A stretch of DNA of 64,000 nt, from the NCBI GenBank assembly GCA_043819555.1, contig JBDREQ010000025.1, positions 92,503 through 156,502 of the forward strand, read 5' to 3'. Source of the stretch: Candidatus Zixiibacteriota bacterium (GTDB taxonomy: Bacteria > Zixibacteria > MSB-5A5 > GN15 > JAAZOE01). The position numbers and the translations under genes were made by a program. Of this stretch, positions 1 to 10,098 are shown piece after piece. The notes under the pieces were generated by a model. The model saw nothing but the letters and a program-made list of their open reading frames with translations, was not told the DNA's origin and ran no database searches. Numbering within the stretch: position 1 is the first letter of the stretch; every line of letters begins with the position of its first letter.

Positions 1-443
1 ATACCAATGACGCTCCCTCATCGATAAACCGGCTAATTGATATGGGTATTCCCAACTACCTGGTATCTTCAGCAACGCGGTTGATTATGGCTCAGCGTAT
101 GACGAGGAAAATTTGTATCAATTGCAAGAGGGGTTATACTCTCACCGATGAAGATATACAAAACCTTGACGTTCCCGAACACCTTATCACAACCCGGGAT
201 ATTTTTGAATCTCCCGGCTGCAATGATTGTAACGGAACCGGCCAATCGGGCCGTACCGGTATATATGAAGTTATGCCGGTTTCAGAGGTGATTGAAGACT
301 TGATTTTAAGAAGAGCAACTGATATTGAAATTCGCAATAAGGCAGTTGAAGAGGGGATGCTGACATTGCGCATGGCCGCCGTTGATAAGCTAATGAGCGG
401 CTTAATCAGTCTCAAAGAAGTCTTTGCCGTAACTGGTACTTAG
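1..443 (+). CDS. pilB: Type IV pilus / T2SS assembly ATPase (PilB/GspE family), C-terminal fragment; the 5' end lies outside the window
   Basis: The frame of ORF 42..443 stays open to the window edge (first full codon at 3: ..NDAPSSINRLIDMGIPNYLVSS..). It carries the C-terminal tetracysteine motif CINC...CNDC typical of GspE/PilB. pilT and pilC follow directly. Confidence 0.85.
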   Translation, partial: TNDAPSSINRLIDMGIPNYLVSSATRLIMAQRMTRKICINCKRGYTLTDEDIQNLDVPEHLITTRDIFESPGCNDCNGTGQSGRTGIYEVMPVSEVIEDLILRRATDIEIRNKAVEEGMLTLRMAAVDKLMSGLISLKEVFAVTGT

Positions 444-670
444 AACGCGAAATTTCTTCCAAACACCAACAAGTAATAATTGGAAATGGGGAATAGCCAA
501 TAAATTTGCCATATTGGCTCATTTGTTCAACTTGTTTAATCGCAATAACTTATTATTGGCGTTTTAAGTCGGTGTCACTTAAGATTTTCAATACATTTAC
601 CGATACAATTAATGATACGATAGAGGCGCAATTCCGCTGAATATATAGTCGCTTTACTTTAGGAGATAAC

Positions 671-1747
671 ATGGTAACGTTGAGGGATCTTCTCCAGGAA
701 ATGGTCAAGATGGGGGCCTCCGATTTACATCTTACGGTTGGTATTCCACCCATGGTAAGAGTGGATGGAAATTTAGTACGAATGGAGCACGAGGTTTTAA
801 CCGCTGAAATGACATTGAAGCTGGCTTACAGCATCATGAATGAAAAACAGCGGAAGAAATTTGAAGAAAACAATGAACTGGACTTGTCGTTTGGCCTTGA
901 GAATTTGAGCCGATTTCGCTGTAATGTATTTCGTCAGCGCGGTAATATTGCCGTCGCATTGCGGCAAATTCCCTTTAAGATAAAAACTTTTGAAGAACTG
1001 GGATTGCCGAAAGTTGTTTCCGATATGGCCAATTTACCACGTGGCCTGGTTCTTGTTACCGGTCCGACCGGTTCAGGAAAATCGACTACTCTGGCCGCAA
1101 TGATTGATAAAATCAATCGCGAGCGGCATGAGCATATTTTAACTGTTGAAGATCCGATTGAGTATTTACACCGACACAATAATTGTCTGGTAAATCAAAG
1201 AGAAGTTTTCAGCGATACGCCGTCATTTGGTTCGGCTCTAAAATACGCGTTGCGTGAGGATCCTGATGTAGTCCTGGTCGGTGAGATGAGAGATTTGGAA
1301 ACAATTGAAGCGGCATTAAATATTTCAGAAACCGGCCACCTTGCCTTCGCGACGCTGCATACTAACTCGGCCGCCGAATCGATTAACCGCATCATCGATG
1401 TATTTCCGACCAATCAGCAGGAGCAGATACGAGTTACCTTATCTTTCACATTGCAGTCGGTTATCGCCCAGCAATTAGTTCCGCGCATGGGCGGCGGACG
1501 AGTATTGGCGATGGAAGTGATGGTTTGTACACCCGCCATTCGCGCGATAATTAGGGATGATAAGATACATCAAATATATAGTATGATTCAGTCAGGACAG
1601 AAATACGGGATGCGAACGATGAATATGTCTCTGGGCGAATTATACCGTACTGGAAAAATAACCCTGAATGACGCGACAGGGCGCAGTTCCAATCCGCAGG
1701 AATTGACAGAGCTATTATCGAAACAGCCATCGCCCGCATTTGCATAA
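671..1747 (+). CDS. pilT: Twitching-motility retraction ATPase PilT
   Basis: 358 aa. N-terminus ..GASDLHLTVGIPPMVRVDG.., Walker A GPTGSGKST, Walker B VVLVGEMRD, and a typical PilT length. Confidence 0.9.
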   Translation: MVTLRDLLQEMVKMGASDLHLTVGIPPMVRVDGNLVRMEHEVLTAEMTLKLAYSIMNEKQRKKFEENNELDLSFGLENLSRFRCNVFRQRGNIAVALRQIPFKIKTFEELGLPKVVSDMANLPRGLVLVTGPTGSGKSTTLAAMIDKINRERHEHILTVEDPIEYLHRHNNCLVNQREVFSDTPSFGSALKYALREDPDVVLVGEMRDLETIEAALNISETGHLAFATLHTNSAAESINRIIDVFPTNQQEQIRVTLSFTLQSVIAQQLVPRMGGGRVLAMEVMVCTPAIRAIIRDDKIHQIYSMIQSGQKYGMRTMNMSLGELYRTGKITLNDATGRSSNPQELTELLSKQPSPAFA

Positions 1748-1759
1748 GGAGTAAATGGT

Positions 1760-2956
1760 ATGCCGGAATTTGAATATAAAGGTAAGACCCTGGCCGGGGT
1801 TCAAGTCAGCGGTACGTTAAAGGCCAAAAATCAGCAGGATATGGAAAGAATTCTCAGGCAGAATAGGATCCTGGTTTCCAATATTCGCAAAAAACCGACT
1901 GATATCGCGATTAAATTCGGTACCGGAATAAAAAAGCAGTCCATTTCCCGCTTCACTCGACAATTTGCGACCATGATCGGCGCTGGTCTGCCAATGATAC
2001 AATGCCTGGAGATTTTGGCTTCTCAGGTTGAATCGGTTGAGCTGCGCAAAGTTCTATACAAAGTCAAGGAATCAGTCCAGGGTGGTACGACTTTGGCCGA
2101 CGCGTTGGCCCGCCATCCTAAAGTTTTTGACCAGCTTTATACTAACATGGTTGAGGCCGGCGAGATGGGTGGCGCTCTTGACGTAATTCTTGTTCGGTTG
2201 GCGGTTTATCGTGAAAAAGCCGACGCCCTGGTGCGCAAGGTTCGCGGGGCGATGATGTATCCGATTGTAATCAGCGTCGTGGCTACCGGCGTTACAATTG
2301 CCATGTTAACTTTCGTAGTGCCTGTGTTTGCCAAAATGTTTGAAGGCCTTGGATCGGAATTGCCCGGACCTACTCTGGTCATTTTGGGAATATCGAATTT
2401 TCTGGGATCAAAATTCATGTATATCATAGGCGCCATAATCGGTCTAATTGTTAGCTATAGGCTTTACGTCAAAACGCCCAAAGGCCGTTATAATGCCGAT
2501 AAGTTTTTTCTGGCGTTTCCGGTTTTGGGAACGCTTCTCAAGAAATCCGCGATTTCAAGGTTCGCACGTACCCTGGGAACCTTGCTCTCATCGGGTGTTT
2601 CGATTCTGGAAGCCCTTGATATTACCGCTAAAACGGCCGGTAACAGGGTTATTCATGATGCTATCAAAAAATCAGTGATATCCATTGCCGAAGGTGATAC
2701 AATTACCGCCCCGTTGAAGGAAACCGGTGTTTTCCCTCCGATGGTAACGCAGATGATCTCGGTCGGTGAAAAAACCGGCGGATTGGATGAGATGCTCAAT
2801 AAGATAGCAGATTTTTATGATGAAGAAGTTGATGCCGCGGTAACGGCCCTGACATCGATTATTGAACCGGTGGTTATTGTATTTATGGGTGTGATAATTG
2901 GTGGTATTTTGATTGCGATGTATTTACCTATGTTTGATATAATAGGAAAAATCTAA
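1760..2956 (+). CDS. pilC: Type IV pilus platform protein PilC (GspF family)
   Basis: 398 aa polytopic membrane protein with the duplicated GspF-type domain (..FTRQFATMIGAGLP.. / ..FARTLGTLLSSGVS..). It lies 12 nt after pilT. Confidence 0.9.
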   Translation: MPEFEYKGKTLAGVQVSGTLKAKNQQDMERILRQNRILVSNIRKKPTDIAIKFGTGIKKQSISRFTRQFATMIGAGLPMIQCLEILASQVESVELRKVLYKVKESVQGGTTLADALARHPKVFDQLYTNMVEAGEMGGALDVILVRLAVYREKADALVRKVRGAMMYPIVISVVATGVTIAMLTFVVPVFAKMFEGLGSELPGPTLVILGISNFLGSKFMYIIGAIIGLIVSYRLYVKTPKGRYNADKFFLAFPVLGTLLKKSAISRFARTLGTLLSSGVSILEALDITAKTAGNRVIHDAIKKSVISIAEGDTITAPLKETGVFPPMVTQMISVGEKTGGLDEMLNKIADFYDEEVDAAVTALTSIIEPVVIVFMGVIIGGILIAMYLPMFDIIGKI

Positions 2957-2963
2957 GCGGGTT

Positions 2964-2992
2964 AGGCGGGCCGGCCGGCCCGCCTTTTTTTT
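2964..2992 (+). terminator. Rho-independent terminator after pilC
   Basis: A 9-bp GC-rich stem AGGCGGGCC / GGCCCGCCT with a GGCC loop is followed by T8. Confidence 0.8.
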
Positions 2993-2994
2993 GC

Positions 2995-4716
2995 ATGAGG
3001 TTGTCACAGGCATATCCGGGAATAAATGCAGGCTGGTTTGCGCCTCTTCGGCTGATGAATTTTTGCCTTATATTTTGGGGGATTGTCGGCTGGCTCGGGC
3101 TTCCCACGTATACACAAACTTCATTCTATTTATATTGCATTGCCACTCTGGCAGCTTTAATTTCGCTGGTATTTTTGCGCCGCACCGATTTTCGATTACT
3201 ATTTCGAGTATTGATTGCGCTGACTTTTGTCACTGAAATAGTCAATGAGGCTGGCATAGTTTATTCGACAGGGAGTCTTTATTCGCCGTTTTCGATCCTA
3301 TTTTTACTGACAATTGTTTCATCGGCCATAGTTTATCGGCTGGCAGGAACACTGTTAATTGCCACCTGCGCCAGTTTTGCTTATGCGTTTGTGGCCTGGA
3401 TAAATACAAATCTTCCAGTTCAGGAAAACCTGTTCTCACAGCCATTAGGTGGGAGTTTTCTAAACGCCGATGATGCCCATTTTTATTCGACCTTTTTACA
3501 CATCCTGATTTTCTATCTGATAGCCTTTATTGCCGGGTATCTCGCGGAAAAACTGCAATCCAAGAATATCGAACTCGATTCGGCCTCGGCGGCTCTTAAA
3601 AAAGCCAAACTGGAAACCGGAGATATTCTCTGGCATTTGAACTGCGGATTGGTAACGATTGATCAGAGCGGTGATATCGTGTACTTTAACCGAACCGCTG
3701 AATCAATATTGGGATTGAATGAGGCGGAAGTTTCGGGCAAACCTTGTTTTGATATTTTCGTCAATCAATTGAAACCTATGGCCGAAAATCTGATGGGGGT
3801 TCTGAATTCCGAACAACGATTATCGCGTTCTGAATTTGTTATAAAAAGAGGCGATGGAACGGAGATACCAATTGGATTGTCAACATCGACTCTTTATGAT
3901 GAACAATTTGATACTCGCGGAGTGATTGCCATTTTTCAGGATTTGACGGAAGCGAAAATGTTCGAACGAAGAATCGGGCAGGCGGATAAAATGGCCGCTA
4001 TTGGCGAGTTATCGGCATGCATAGCGCATGAGATTAGAAATCCTTTGGCCTCGATTTCAGGTTCAGTAGAGGTTCTCAGAGATTCTATGTATCTTGAGGG
4101 CGATAATGAAAAATTGTTATCGCTAATTATCAAGGAATCAGCCCGGCTGAACAAAATCCTGTCTGATTTTCTTCTGTACGCCCGTATAAATCGCCTGGAA
4201 ATGCGAAAGGTAGAAATTCTCGGACTTATATCGGAAGTGATTGAAGTAGCCCGTCGGCATCCATCGTACAATAAAAATATACTTATTCAGCCCATAGCAA
4301 ATGAAAATGTTATTTATATTTCAGGGGATGAAGATTATTTAAAGCAGATGCTTATTAATCTTTTGGTAAATGCGTTTGAGGCTATAGGTGATCGCGATGG
4401 GAGCGTTCAGATTGAATCGGATGCCGGATTGAATGACGGCGAAGTAAAATTGACTATAAGAGATACCGGACCAGGCATTCCCTTTGAGCAACTCGGGAAA
4501 GTTTTTATGCCATTTCATTCAACAAAAAAATCCGGCTCAGGCCTTGGATTATCAATCGTCTCGCGCCTGTCAGACGCAATGGAGGGCCGGGTAGAGGTTT
4601 CATCCGAGCCAGGATTGGGCACAGAGTTTTGCTTATATCTGAAAAAGTTCAATCAAGCGTATCCAAAATTGGAAATGAATAATCAAGTACAGTCATCAAT
4701 TCCACAATTGCCGTAA
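2995..4716 (+). CDS. Membrane sensor histidine kinase with PAS domain (PilS-like); no adjacent response regulator
   Basis: The N-terminal third is multi-TM, followed by a PAS-like segment (..GLVTIDQSGDIVYFNRTAESILG..). H-box CIAHEIRNPL, N box LLVNAFEA, G boxes DTGPGI and GSGLGLSI. The annotated ATG sits at the end of the upstream terminator T-run with no clear RBS, so the true start may be an internal ATG (for example near 3055). Confidence 0.8.
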   Translation: MRLSQAYPGINAGWFAPLRLMNFCLIFWGIVGWLGLPTYTQTSFYLYCIATLAALISLVFLRRTDFRLLFRVLIALTFVTEIVNEAGIVYSTGSLYSPFSILFLLTIVSSAIVYRLAGTLLIATCASFAYAFVAWINTNLPVQENLFSQPLGGSFLNADDAHFYSTFLHILIFYLIAFIAGYLAEKLQSKNIELDSASAALKKAKLETGDILWHLNCGLVTIDQSGDIVYFNRTAESILGLNEAEVSGKPCFDIFVNQLKPMAENLMGVLNSEQRLSRSEFVIKRGDGTEIPIGLSTSTLYDEQFDTRGVIAIFQDLTEAKMFERRIGQADKMAAIGELSACIAHEIRNPLASISGSVEVLRDSMYLEGDNEKLLSLIIKESARLNKILSDFLLYARINRLEMRKVEILGLISEVIEVARRHPSYNKNILIQPIANENVIYISGDEDYLKQMLINLLVNAFEAIGDRDGSVQIESDAGLNDGEVKLTIRDTGPGIPFEQLGKVFMPFHSTKKSGSGLGLSIVSRLSDAMEGRVEVSSEPGLGTEFCLYLKKFNQAYPKLEMNNQVQSSIPQLP

Positions 4717-4825
4717 GTTCGTCTGAGGCATTCCCAAAAAATGAAAATAAATCTCGAGGAACTTTTGCTTGATTTTTGAGTGTAATATCTTAATTTGAAC
4801 CCTAAATTCAACAGAGGTGACCTTT

Positions 4826-6598
4826 ATGAAAAAAGCAGCGCTAATTTTGGCTTTATGTGTAACAGCCTTAATTATTGTTGGGTGTCAAGGCGGCAAAAAA
4901 GCTGACATATTAAGTGAGAAATTTCCGGTCGACGAATTGCGCCCTTTAGTATTTGCGGAAAGTGATTTTCTTACCATTGATATTGATATGTTGGCTCAGA
5001 AATTCAATGATGATCAGGTGCCCATATCGAAAACAAAAATCGATTCTATTACGGCTTTAGAAACTGTTTATAATATGTACCTGGATTCACTCCTGGCCGT
5101 TGATGCCGCTAATTTTGATTTATCAACAACGCCATTACTGGAAAAACAGTACAAAACAATGTACGATGATTTTCTGGTGCGTTTTTTATATGATTATCAT
5201 ATCGTCGCGAATGTCGTCGTTGATGATTCGCTGGTTTATGAAACATACGAGTTGATGAAAGATAAATTTATCAGTCCTGAGAAATACCGCGCCCGCCATA
5301 TCGTTATATCGGGATATAATCTCAAAACGGGTGAGGATTCACTGAAATATAAGGGTAAATCGAATGCCGAACTGGATGCCATTGCAAGGGATTTAGTTTC
5401 AGAATTGAGGCAAAGAGCTCTTAACGGCGAGGGATTTGATACCCTGGCGATAATGTATTCGTATGATGACAGGAGTTCCAAGAGTGGAGGCGATCTTGGA
5501 TATTTTGAACTATCCAAAATGGTCGCGCCATTTGATTCCGCGGTTCAGAATACTCCGGTAGATTCAATATCGGGCTTAATAAAAACGAAATATGGATGGC
5601 ATGTAATAAAGGTGGAGGATCATTCGGAAGAACATTACACGCCAATCGATTCATTGTATGATGGAATATTAAAATATTTAAAACAACAGCAAGCCGGCAT
5701 TAACGGGCAGGCGTTTTTGGATACTCTTAAAGCCAACGCGAATATTTATTTCGATACGGCCGCAATCGCTCTGGACGACACGCTGCATGAAATGACCGAC
5801 GCTTTAGCCATTGTTAATACGGATGGATCGGCTAATCGCGTTGATACATTGACATACAAGGAATACCGCGCCCAAATAGGTCTCTATCTGAAAAGAAATG
5901 GTCTGGCATATCCCCCAAGTGTCCCTGAAAAGATTGAAGCCATTCGTGAATTTGCCCTGAAATACGAGATTATTCGTTATGCAATTGAAAATGGTTACGC
6001 CGATCATCCTGAATTCCGAGAATGGTCGGATGGGACGATACTTAAATACGGGGTGGCTACTCTTAAAAAAGATTTATTGGAGGACGGATACGAACCGACT
6101 GAGGAGGAACTTTTAGCCTATTATAACGATAATATTGAGAAATACCGGGCCGAAAAACCGTTAAAAGTACAGCATATCATTTTTGCTGATTCAAGTTTGG
6201 CTATCCATGTTCGCGATGTTGCCAATTCTGGCGCAGATTTTATGGAACTGGTCGATCAATACTATCCGGGTGACCCGGAAATCAAACAGGCCGCGGCTAA
6301 TCTCGGATATATCGGTGAAAAAGATATGCCCGGCGCTTTCTGGAGGCGGGCTTTATCAACGAAGGTCGGCGAAGTGTCGCGTCCGGTAAAAACAGAATAT
6401 GGATATCATATTATTAAGGTTTTGGAAAAATCTCCGGACAAGGAATTTGCGGCGGTAAAATCGGGAATTAGAAAAACGATGCAGGATAATTATAAGCATG
6501 ATAAAATCTGGGAATTTGTCGAACGCCGGCTGGGCGGTGCGCCGAAAATTTACTGGGATAGACTTGGTGATTTGTATCGCAAACCGATAGAGCCATAA
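4826..6598 (+). CDS. Periplasmic peptidyl-prolyl isomerase with two parvulin domains (SurA/PpiD-like), probable lipoprotein
   Basis: Two rotamase signatures are present (..GGDLGYFELSKMVAPFD..YGWHVIKVED and ..LGYIGEKDMPGAFW..YGYHIIKVLE). The signal peptide has a lipobox-like ..LIIVGC. I chose ATG 4826 over GTG 4817 because of the AGAGG RBS. Confidence 0.8.
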   Translation: MKKAALILALCVTALIIVGCQGGKKADILSEKFPVDELRPLVFAESDFLTIDIDMLAQKFNDDQVPISKTKIDSITALETVYNMYLDSLLAVDAANFDLSTTPLLEKQYKTMYDDFLVRFLYDYHIVANVVVDDSLVYETYELMKDKFISPEKYRARHIVISGYNLKTGEDSLKYKGKSNAELDAIARDLVSELRQRALNGEGFDTLAIMYSYDDRSSKSGGDLGYFELSKMVAPFDSAVQNTPVDSISGLIKTKYGWHVIKVEDHSEEHYTPIDSLYDGILKYLKQQQAGINGQAFLDTLKANANIYFDTAAIALDDTLHEMTDALAIVNTDGSANRVDTLTYKEYRAQIGLYLKRNGLAYPPSVPEKIEAIREFALKYEIIRYAIENGYADHPEFREWSDGTILKYGVATLKKDLLEDGYEPTEEELLAYYNDNIEKYRAEKPLKVQHIIFADSSLAIHVRDVANSGADFMELVDQYYPGDPEIKQAAANLGYIGEKDMPGAFWRRALSTKVGEVSRPVKTEYGYHIIKVLEKSPDKEFAAVKSGIRKTMQDNYKHDKIWEFVERRLGGAPKIYWDRLGDLYRKPIEP

Positions 6599-6625
6599 TG
6601 CTGTTGAGTTATTGCATTAACATAT

Positions 6626-7258
6626 ATGTATGAGGCAGAGGAAATTTCGCTGGGAGCGGAATTTATCCGCAAGGGTATCCATCTTTTTGCGCTCGTAATT
6701 CCCGTTGGTTATGCTTTGGTTACTTTTCAGACTGCAGTCTTCTGGGTGAGTCTGTCCGCGGCAGTCGCGATATTTATTGATATCTCGAGATTCAGAGATT
6801 GGAAAGTCTGGAAATACCTGTCAATAGTATTAATGCCGATTATTCGCGATCACGAGGTCAAGGGAGGCTTTACCGGTGCCAGCTATATTTTAACGACGGC
6901 ATTAATCTGTATTATTTTTTTCCCCAAGCCGATCGCCATTGCGGCCCTTGTTTTTATAATAATCGGCGATACCGCCGCCGCTCTGGTCGGGCGCAAGTAT
7001 GGAAAACATAAACTTTGCAGGAAGAAATCGATTGAAGGTTCGCTAGCCTGCCTGGCATCACTGGCGGTGGTTTCATTCTTAATACCGGGATTACCGACAC
7101 CAATTGGCCTTGTCGGGGCTTTAACCGCAACTTTAGCCGAAGCATTTTGCGGCAGACTGGATGATAATTTGTTTGTTCCGATAAGTTCCGGTTTGGTAAT
7201 GCTTGGAATTATGTATTTACTGGATTATCCTGAAGCGTTTTTTTTCTCGGCCTTTTGA
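6626..7258 (+). CDS. Integral membrane CTP-dependent polyprenol/diacylglycerol kinase-like protein (phosphatidate cytidylyltransferase superfamily)
   Basis: 210 aa, about 6 TM helices, with the motif ..IIGDTAAALVGRKYGKHK.. characteristic of the dolichol/phytol kinase-CdsA superfamily. Confidence 0.55.
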   Translation: MYEAEEISLGAEFIRKGIHLFALVIPVGYALVTFQTAVFWVSLSAAVAIFIDISRFRDWKVWKYLSIVLMPIIRDHEVKGGFTGASYILTTALICIIFFPKPIAIAALVFIIIGDTAAALVGRKYGKHKLCRKKSIEGSLACLASLAVVSFLIPGLPTPIGLVGALTATLAEAFCGRLDDNLFVPISSGLVMLGIMYLLDYPEAFFFSAF

Positions 7259-7301
7259 TTATATTGTTTATTTCTGCGAAGATTGATGAAGGATAAGGGA
7301 G

Positions 7302-8357
7302 ATGCTCATGGCTCAAAATGATTTTATTGATTTAAGATCTGATACCGTTACCAGGCCAAGCGCGGAAATGCGGAAGATGATGGCTCAGGCGGTCGTCGGC
7401 GATGATGTTCTGGGAGATGACCCAACCGTCAAGGAGCTTGAGCATAAAGTAATGCGGTTATTGAATAAAGAAGCGGCCGTTTATGTTCCGTCGGGGACAA
7501 TGTCCAATCAAATCGCGCTTTATACCGCCAGCAACCGGGGCGATGAAATCTTATGTGAAGCGGGATGCCATATCGTTAATTATGAAGTCGGCGCACCGGC
7601 CGCGATTTCCGGACTTCTGGTTCATTTATTGCCCGGTGAGCGGGGCATCTTGTCGGCGGAAACGATTGAGCAAAATATTAGACCGATAAATATTCACTGC
7701 CCTCGAACAAAAATAATCGCGCTGGAAAATACTCATAACCGCGCTGGCGGGACAATATACCCCAGAGAAACAATCGCAGAGATTGAACAGGTTGCCCGAA
7801 AGAATAATCTCTGGATGCATCTTGACGGCGCCCGGCTCTGGAATGCTCATGTCGCGACCGGGGTTCCGCTGGCGGATTATGCTTCCCACTTTGATTCCGT
7901 ATCGGTGTGCCTGTCAAAAGGTCTTGGGGCTCCGATTGGATCGGTGCTTTCGGGATCGGCGGAATTTATCGAACGGGCAAGGCGAACACGGAAAATGTTC
8001 GGCGGCGGGATGAGGCAGGTCGGGATTATTGCCGCGGCCGGGATTTATGCCCTTGAAAATAATATTTCCCGTTTGGCCAATGATCATATAAACGCCAAAA
8101 CTCTCGCGACAGGTATGTCGCAAATCACTGGTCTGACGATTGATATGGAAACGGTGCAGACAAATATCGTTATCGTTGATATTAATCCGAATAAATATAC
8201 GGCTGAGACATTTATTGAGGCGCTCAAAAAAGAAGGGGTTTTATGCGTACCCTTCGGACCGGCCCGCGTCCGATTTGTCACTCATCTTGACGTCAATGAA
8301 GAAGATTGCAAAAAGGCGGTTACGGCCGTTGCCGGGGTTATGTCCGCTGCCCGATAA
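7302..8357 (+). CDS. ltaE: Low-specificity L-threonine aldolase
   Basis: N-terminus ..IDLRSDTVTRPSAEMRKMMAQAVVGDDVLGDDPT.. and PLP-lysine context ..SVCLSKGLGAP... The start could instead be ATG 7308. Confidence 0.85.
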   Translation: MLMAQNDFIDLRSDTVTRPSAEMRKMMAQAVVGDDVLGDDPTVKELEHKVMRLLNKEAAVYVPSGTMSNQIALYTASNRGDEILCEAGCHIVNYEVGAPAAISGLLVHLLPGERGILSAETIEQNIRPINIHCPRTKIIALENTHNRAGGTIYPRETIAEIEQVARKNNLWMHLDGARLWNAHVATGVPLADYASHFDSVSVCLSKGLGAPIGSVLSGSAEFIERARRTRKMFGGGMRQVGIIAAAGIYALENNISRLANDHINAKTLATGMSQITGLTIDMETVQTNIVIVDINPNKYTAETFIEALKKEGVLCVPFGPARVRFVTHLDVNEEDCKKAVTAVAGVMSAAR

Positions 8358-8558
8358 TTTCGAAAAAAAGCCCGAATCCAGATGGATCCGGGCCGGAAGA
8401 AGTCATGAAAAAGGATGGTGTTGTATGCGCAACAATCCTTAGTCAAACCCTCATGTGGAGGGCATTATTTTTTACGACTGAACCTTTAGGATGTTCCAAA
8501 ACGAGGAGATGATTTCCGATTTAATTAGACAATTTTTTCAAATGTGAGGGAAAGGGGA

Positions 8559-9332
8559 ATGGTTAAAATTGAGTTCACAATTCTGGGGTCATCGGCAGGG
8601 ATGCCGCAGGCCAATCGTGTCAATTCGGGATATATTCTGGATGTTAATGGCGCGCTTTATTTATTTGATTGCGGGGGAGGGGTGTCGTCGGCGTTTCGGC
8701 GAGCGGGGTTTGATCCTCCTGATGTAAAATCAATAGTAATTTCTCATACTCATCCTGACCATATCTCCGATCTACCGCTTTTTATTCAGATGCAATATCT
8801 GGCTGATAGGAAAGAACCTCTTGATATTTATATTCCGTCCGAAATTCTTCAGCCGATTCAGGATTTTTTTCACGCCCTCTATCTATTTCCTGAAAAACTG
8901 CCCTTTGAAATTAATTTTCAACCGGTGAATAAGGGTGAGAATATTAATCATGAAAGTATTTCAATTCATCCAATTCTCAATACTCATCTCATTGGACATA
9001 CTGATTTGATAAATGATTTTGGATTAAAAAATAAAATGCAGTGTTTTTCGTATCTGATACACGCCGGCGATAAATCGATTGTTTATTCGGCTGATTTGGG
9101 CTCGGAAAAAGATCTTGGCACTTATCTGACCGATGTTGATTTACTTGTTTTCGAATCGACCCATATTGAGATTGCGAGTTTAATTGATATGGTTATGGAC
9201 TATAACGTCGGCAAAACTGTTTTGACTCACCTCGCCGAAGATTTTGATACCAATAGCGCAGTTGCACAGGCTGAAAAAGCCGGATATAAAAATCTCCTCA
9301 TCGCCGAGGATGGGATGAGGGTGGAGGTTTAA
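8559..9332 (+). CDS. MBL-fold metallo-hydrolase (RNase Z / beta-lactamase-like)
   Basis: HxHxDH motif (SHTHPDH) and overall beta-lactamase-fold pattern. I preferred ATG 8559 over GTG 8544 because of the AAAGGGGA RBS. Confidence 0.75.
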   Translation: MVKIEFTILGSSAGMPQANRVNSGYILDVNGALYLFDCGGGVSSAFRRAGFDPPDVKSIVISHTHPDHISDLPLFIQMQYLADRKEPLDIYIPSEILQPIQDFFHALYLFPEKLPFEINFQPVNKGENINHESISIHPILNTHLIGHTDLINDFGLKNKMQCFSYLIHAGDKSIVYSADLGSEKDLGTYLTDVDLLVFESTHIEIASLIDMVMDYNVGKTVLTHLAEDFDTNSAVAQAEKAGYKNLLIAEDGMRVEV

Positions 9333-9832
9333 GATTCAATAAGACTATATTTAGCCATTAGCTTGTCTACGTACTCCTGAATTTTATTAAAAGCTCCTTT
9401 AATATCTTTCTCGTACTCAATATTAGGAGATTTGATGTTCTTAGATGTTCGATTAATTAGGCCGAGAAACGTATCCTGCAGAGCTTTTGGCATATAAATT
9501 GAGTTTTCATCGTGGAAATTTCTAATTTCTTCGACAGTACTTTTCATATCTTGTGTTTTGTGCGTATCGCCATTTACAATTATATTGAGTTTTCGTAGCT
9601 TTTCATAAACCCCCTGCAAAGCATTTAGTTGTTTTTCGAGGATTATTTTGCCAACTTCCATTTGCCTTTGTTTTTCATTATCAAAAAGCTGTTTTTTCAG
9701 TATCTCATAATTATTCTGCCAGTCAATTTTATGACGTTTATTAGTAGCTCTAACAGTTAAATATGCGACAATAGCACTTAGAATTGGCGCGAATGCCAAA
9801 GGCGCCCATTTTTCTGCTATTGACAAATCCAT
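9329..9832 (-). CDS. Hypothetical membrane-anchored coiled-coil protein (orphan)
   Basis: 167 aa with one N-terminal TM helix (..WAPLAFAPILSAIVAYLTV..) and then a K/E/Q-rich helical region. I recognised no family. It is visibly AT-richer than its neighbours. Confidence 0.5.
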   Translation of the reverse strand: MDLSIAEKWAPLAFAPILSAIVAYLTVRATNKRHKIDWQNNYEILKKQLFDNEKQRQMEVGKIILEKQLNALQGVYEKLRKLNIIVNGDTHKTQDMKSTVEEIRNFHDENSIYMPKALQDTFLGLINRTSKNIKSPNIEYEKDIKGAFNKIQEYVDKLMAKYSLIES

Positions 9833-9844
9833 AAGATTCCCCTT

Positions 9845-10066
9845 TCAATATTTCCAGATATAATAAATTATCACGAAAAGCCAGAATATGGTCGCGACGT
9901 AAATACCGAGCATAAAATTACCTCGGTAAAGTGGTTTCTTTATCATCGCTTTGGGAGTTTTTAGATCAGCGTGGCAATGCGGACAGCGAACGGCGCTGCT
10001 GTTAATAAATTCCTTGCAGAACGGGCAAGTTTTGGTATTGCGGGCATTGTCGGAGTCAAATCCCAT
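9845..10066 (-). CDS. Hypothetical zinc-ribbon protein with C-terminal TM helix (orphan)
   Basis: 73 aa with CPFC-x12-CPHC followed by the hydrophobic helix ..MLGIYVATIFWLFVIIYYIW... It lies 12 nt upstream of the 9329..9832 ORF on the same strand. Confidence 0.5.
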   Translation of the reverse strand: MGFDSDNARNTKTCPFCKEFINSSAVRCPHCHADLKTPKAMIKKPLYRGNFMLGIYVATIFWLFVIIYYIWKY

Positions 10067-10098
10067 ATGTTATCTCCATGCAGAAATAATCTTAATGA

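Noticed and set aside
2991-3236. An 81-aa alternative-frame ORF at the 5' end of the PilS-like kinase gene.
   Set aside because: It overlaps the much longer kinase frame, whose TM-rich N-terminus is a coherent coding sequence. Nothing supports the alternative frame independently.
8140-8512. ORFs 8140..8442 and 8306..8512, overlapping the ltaE 3' end and the following spacer.
   Set aside because: They are alternative-frame or spacer ORFs with no RBS and no motifs. The spacer is better explained by two hairpins: 8370..8393, and 8448..8462 followed by a T-run, which likely terminates ltaE.
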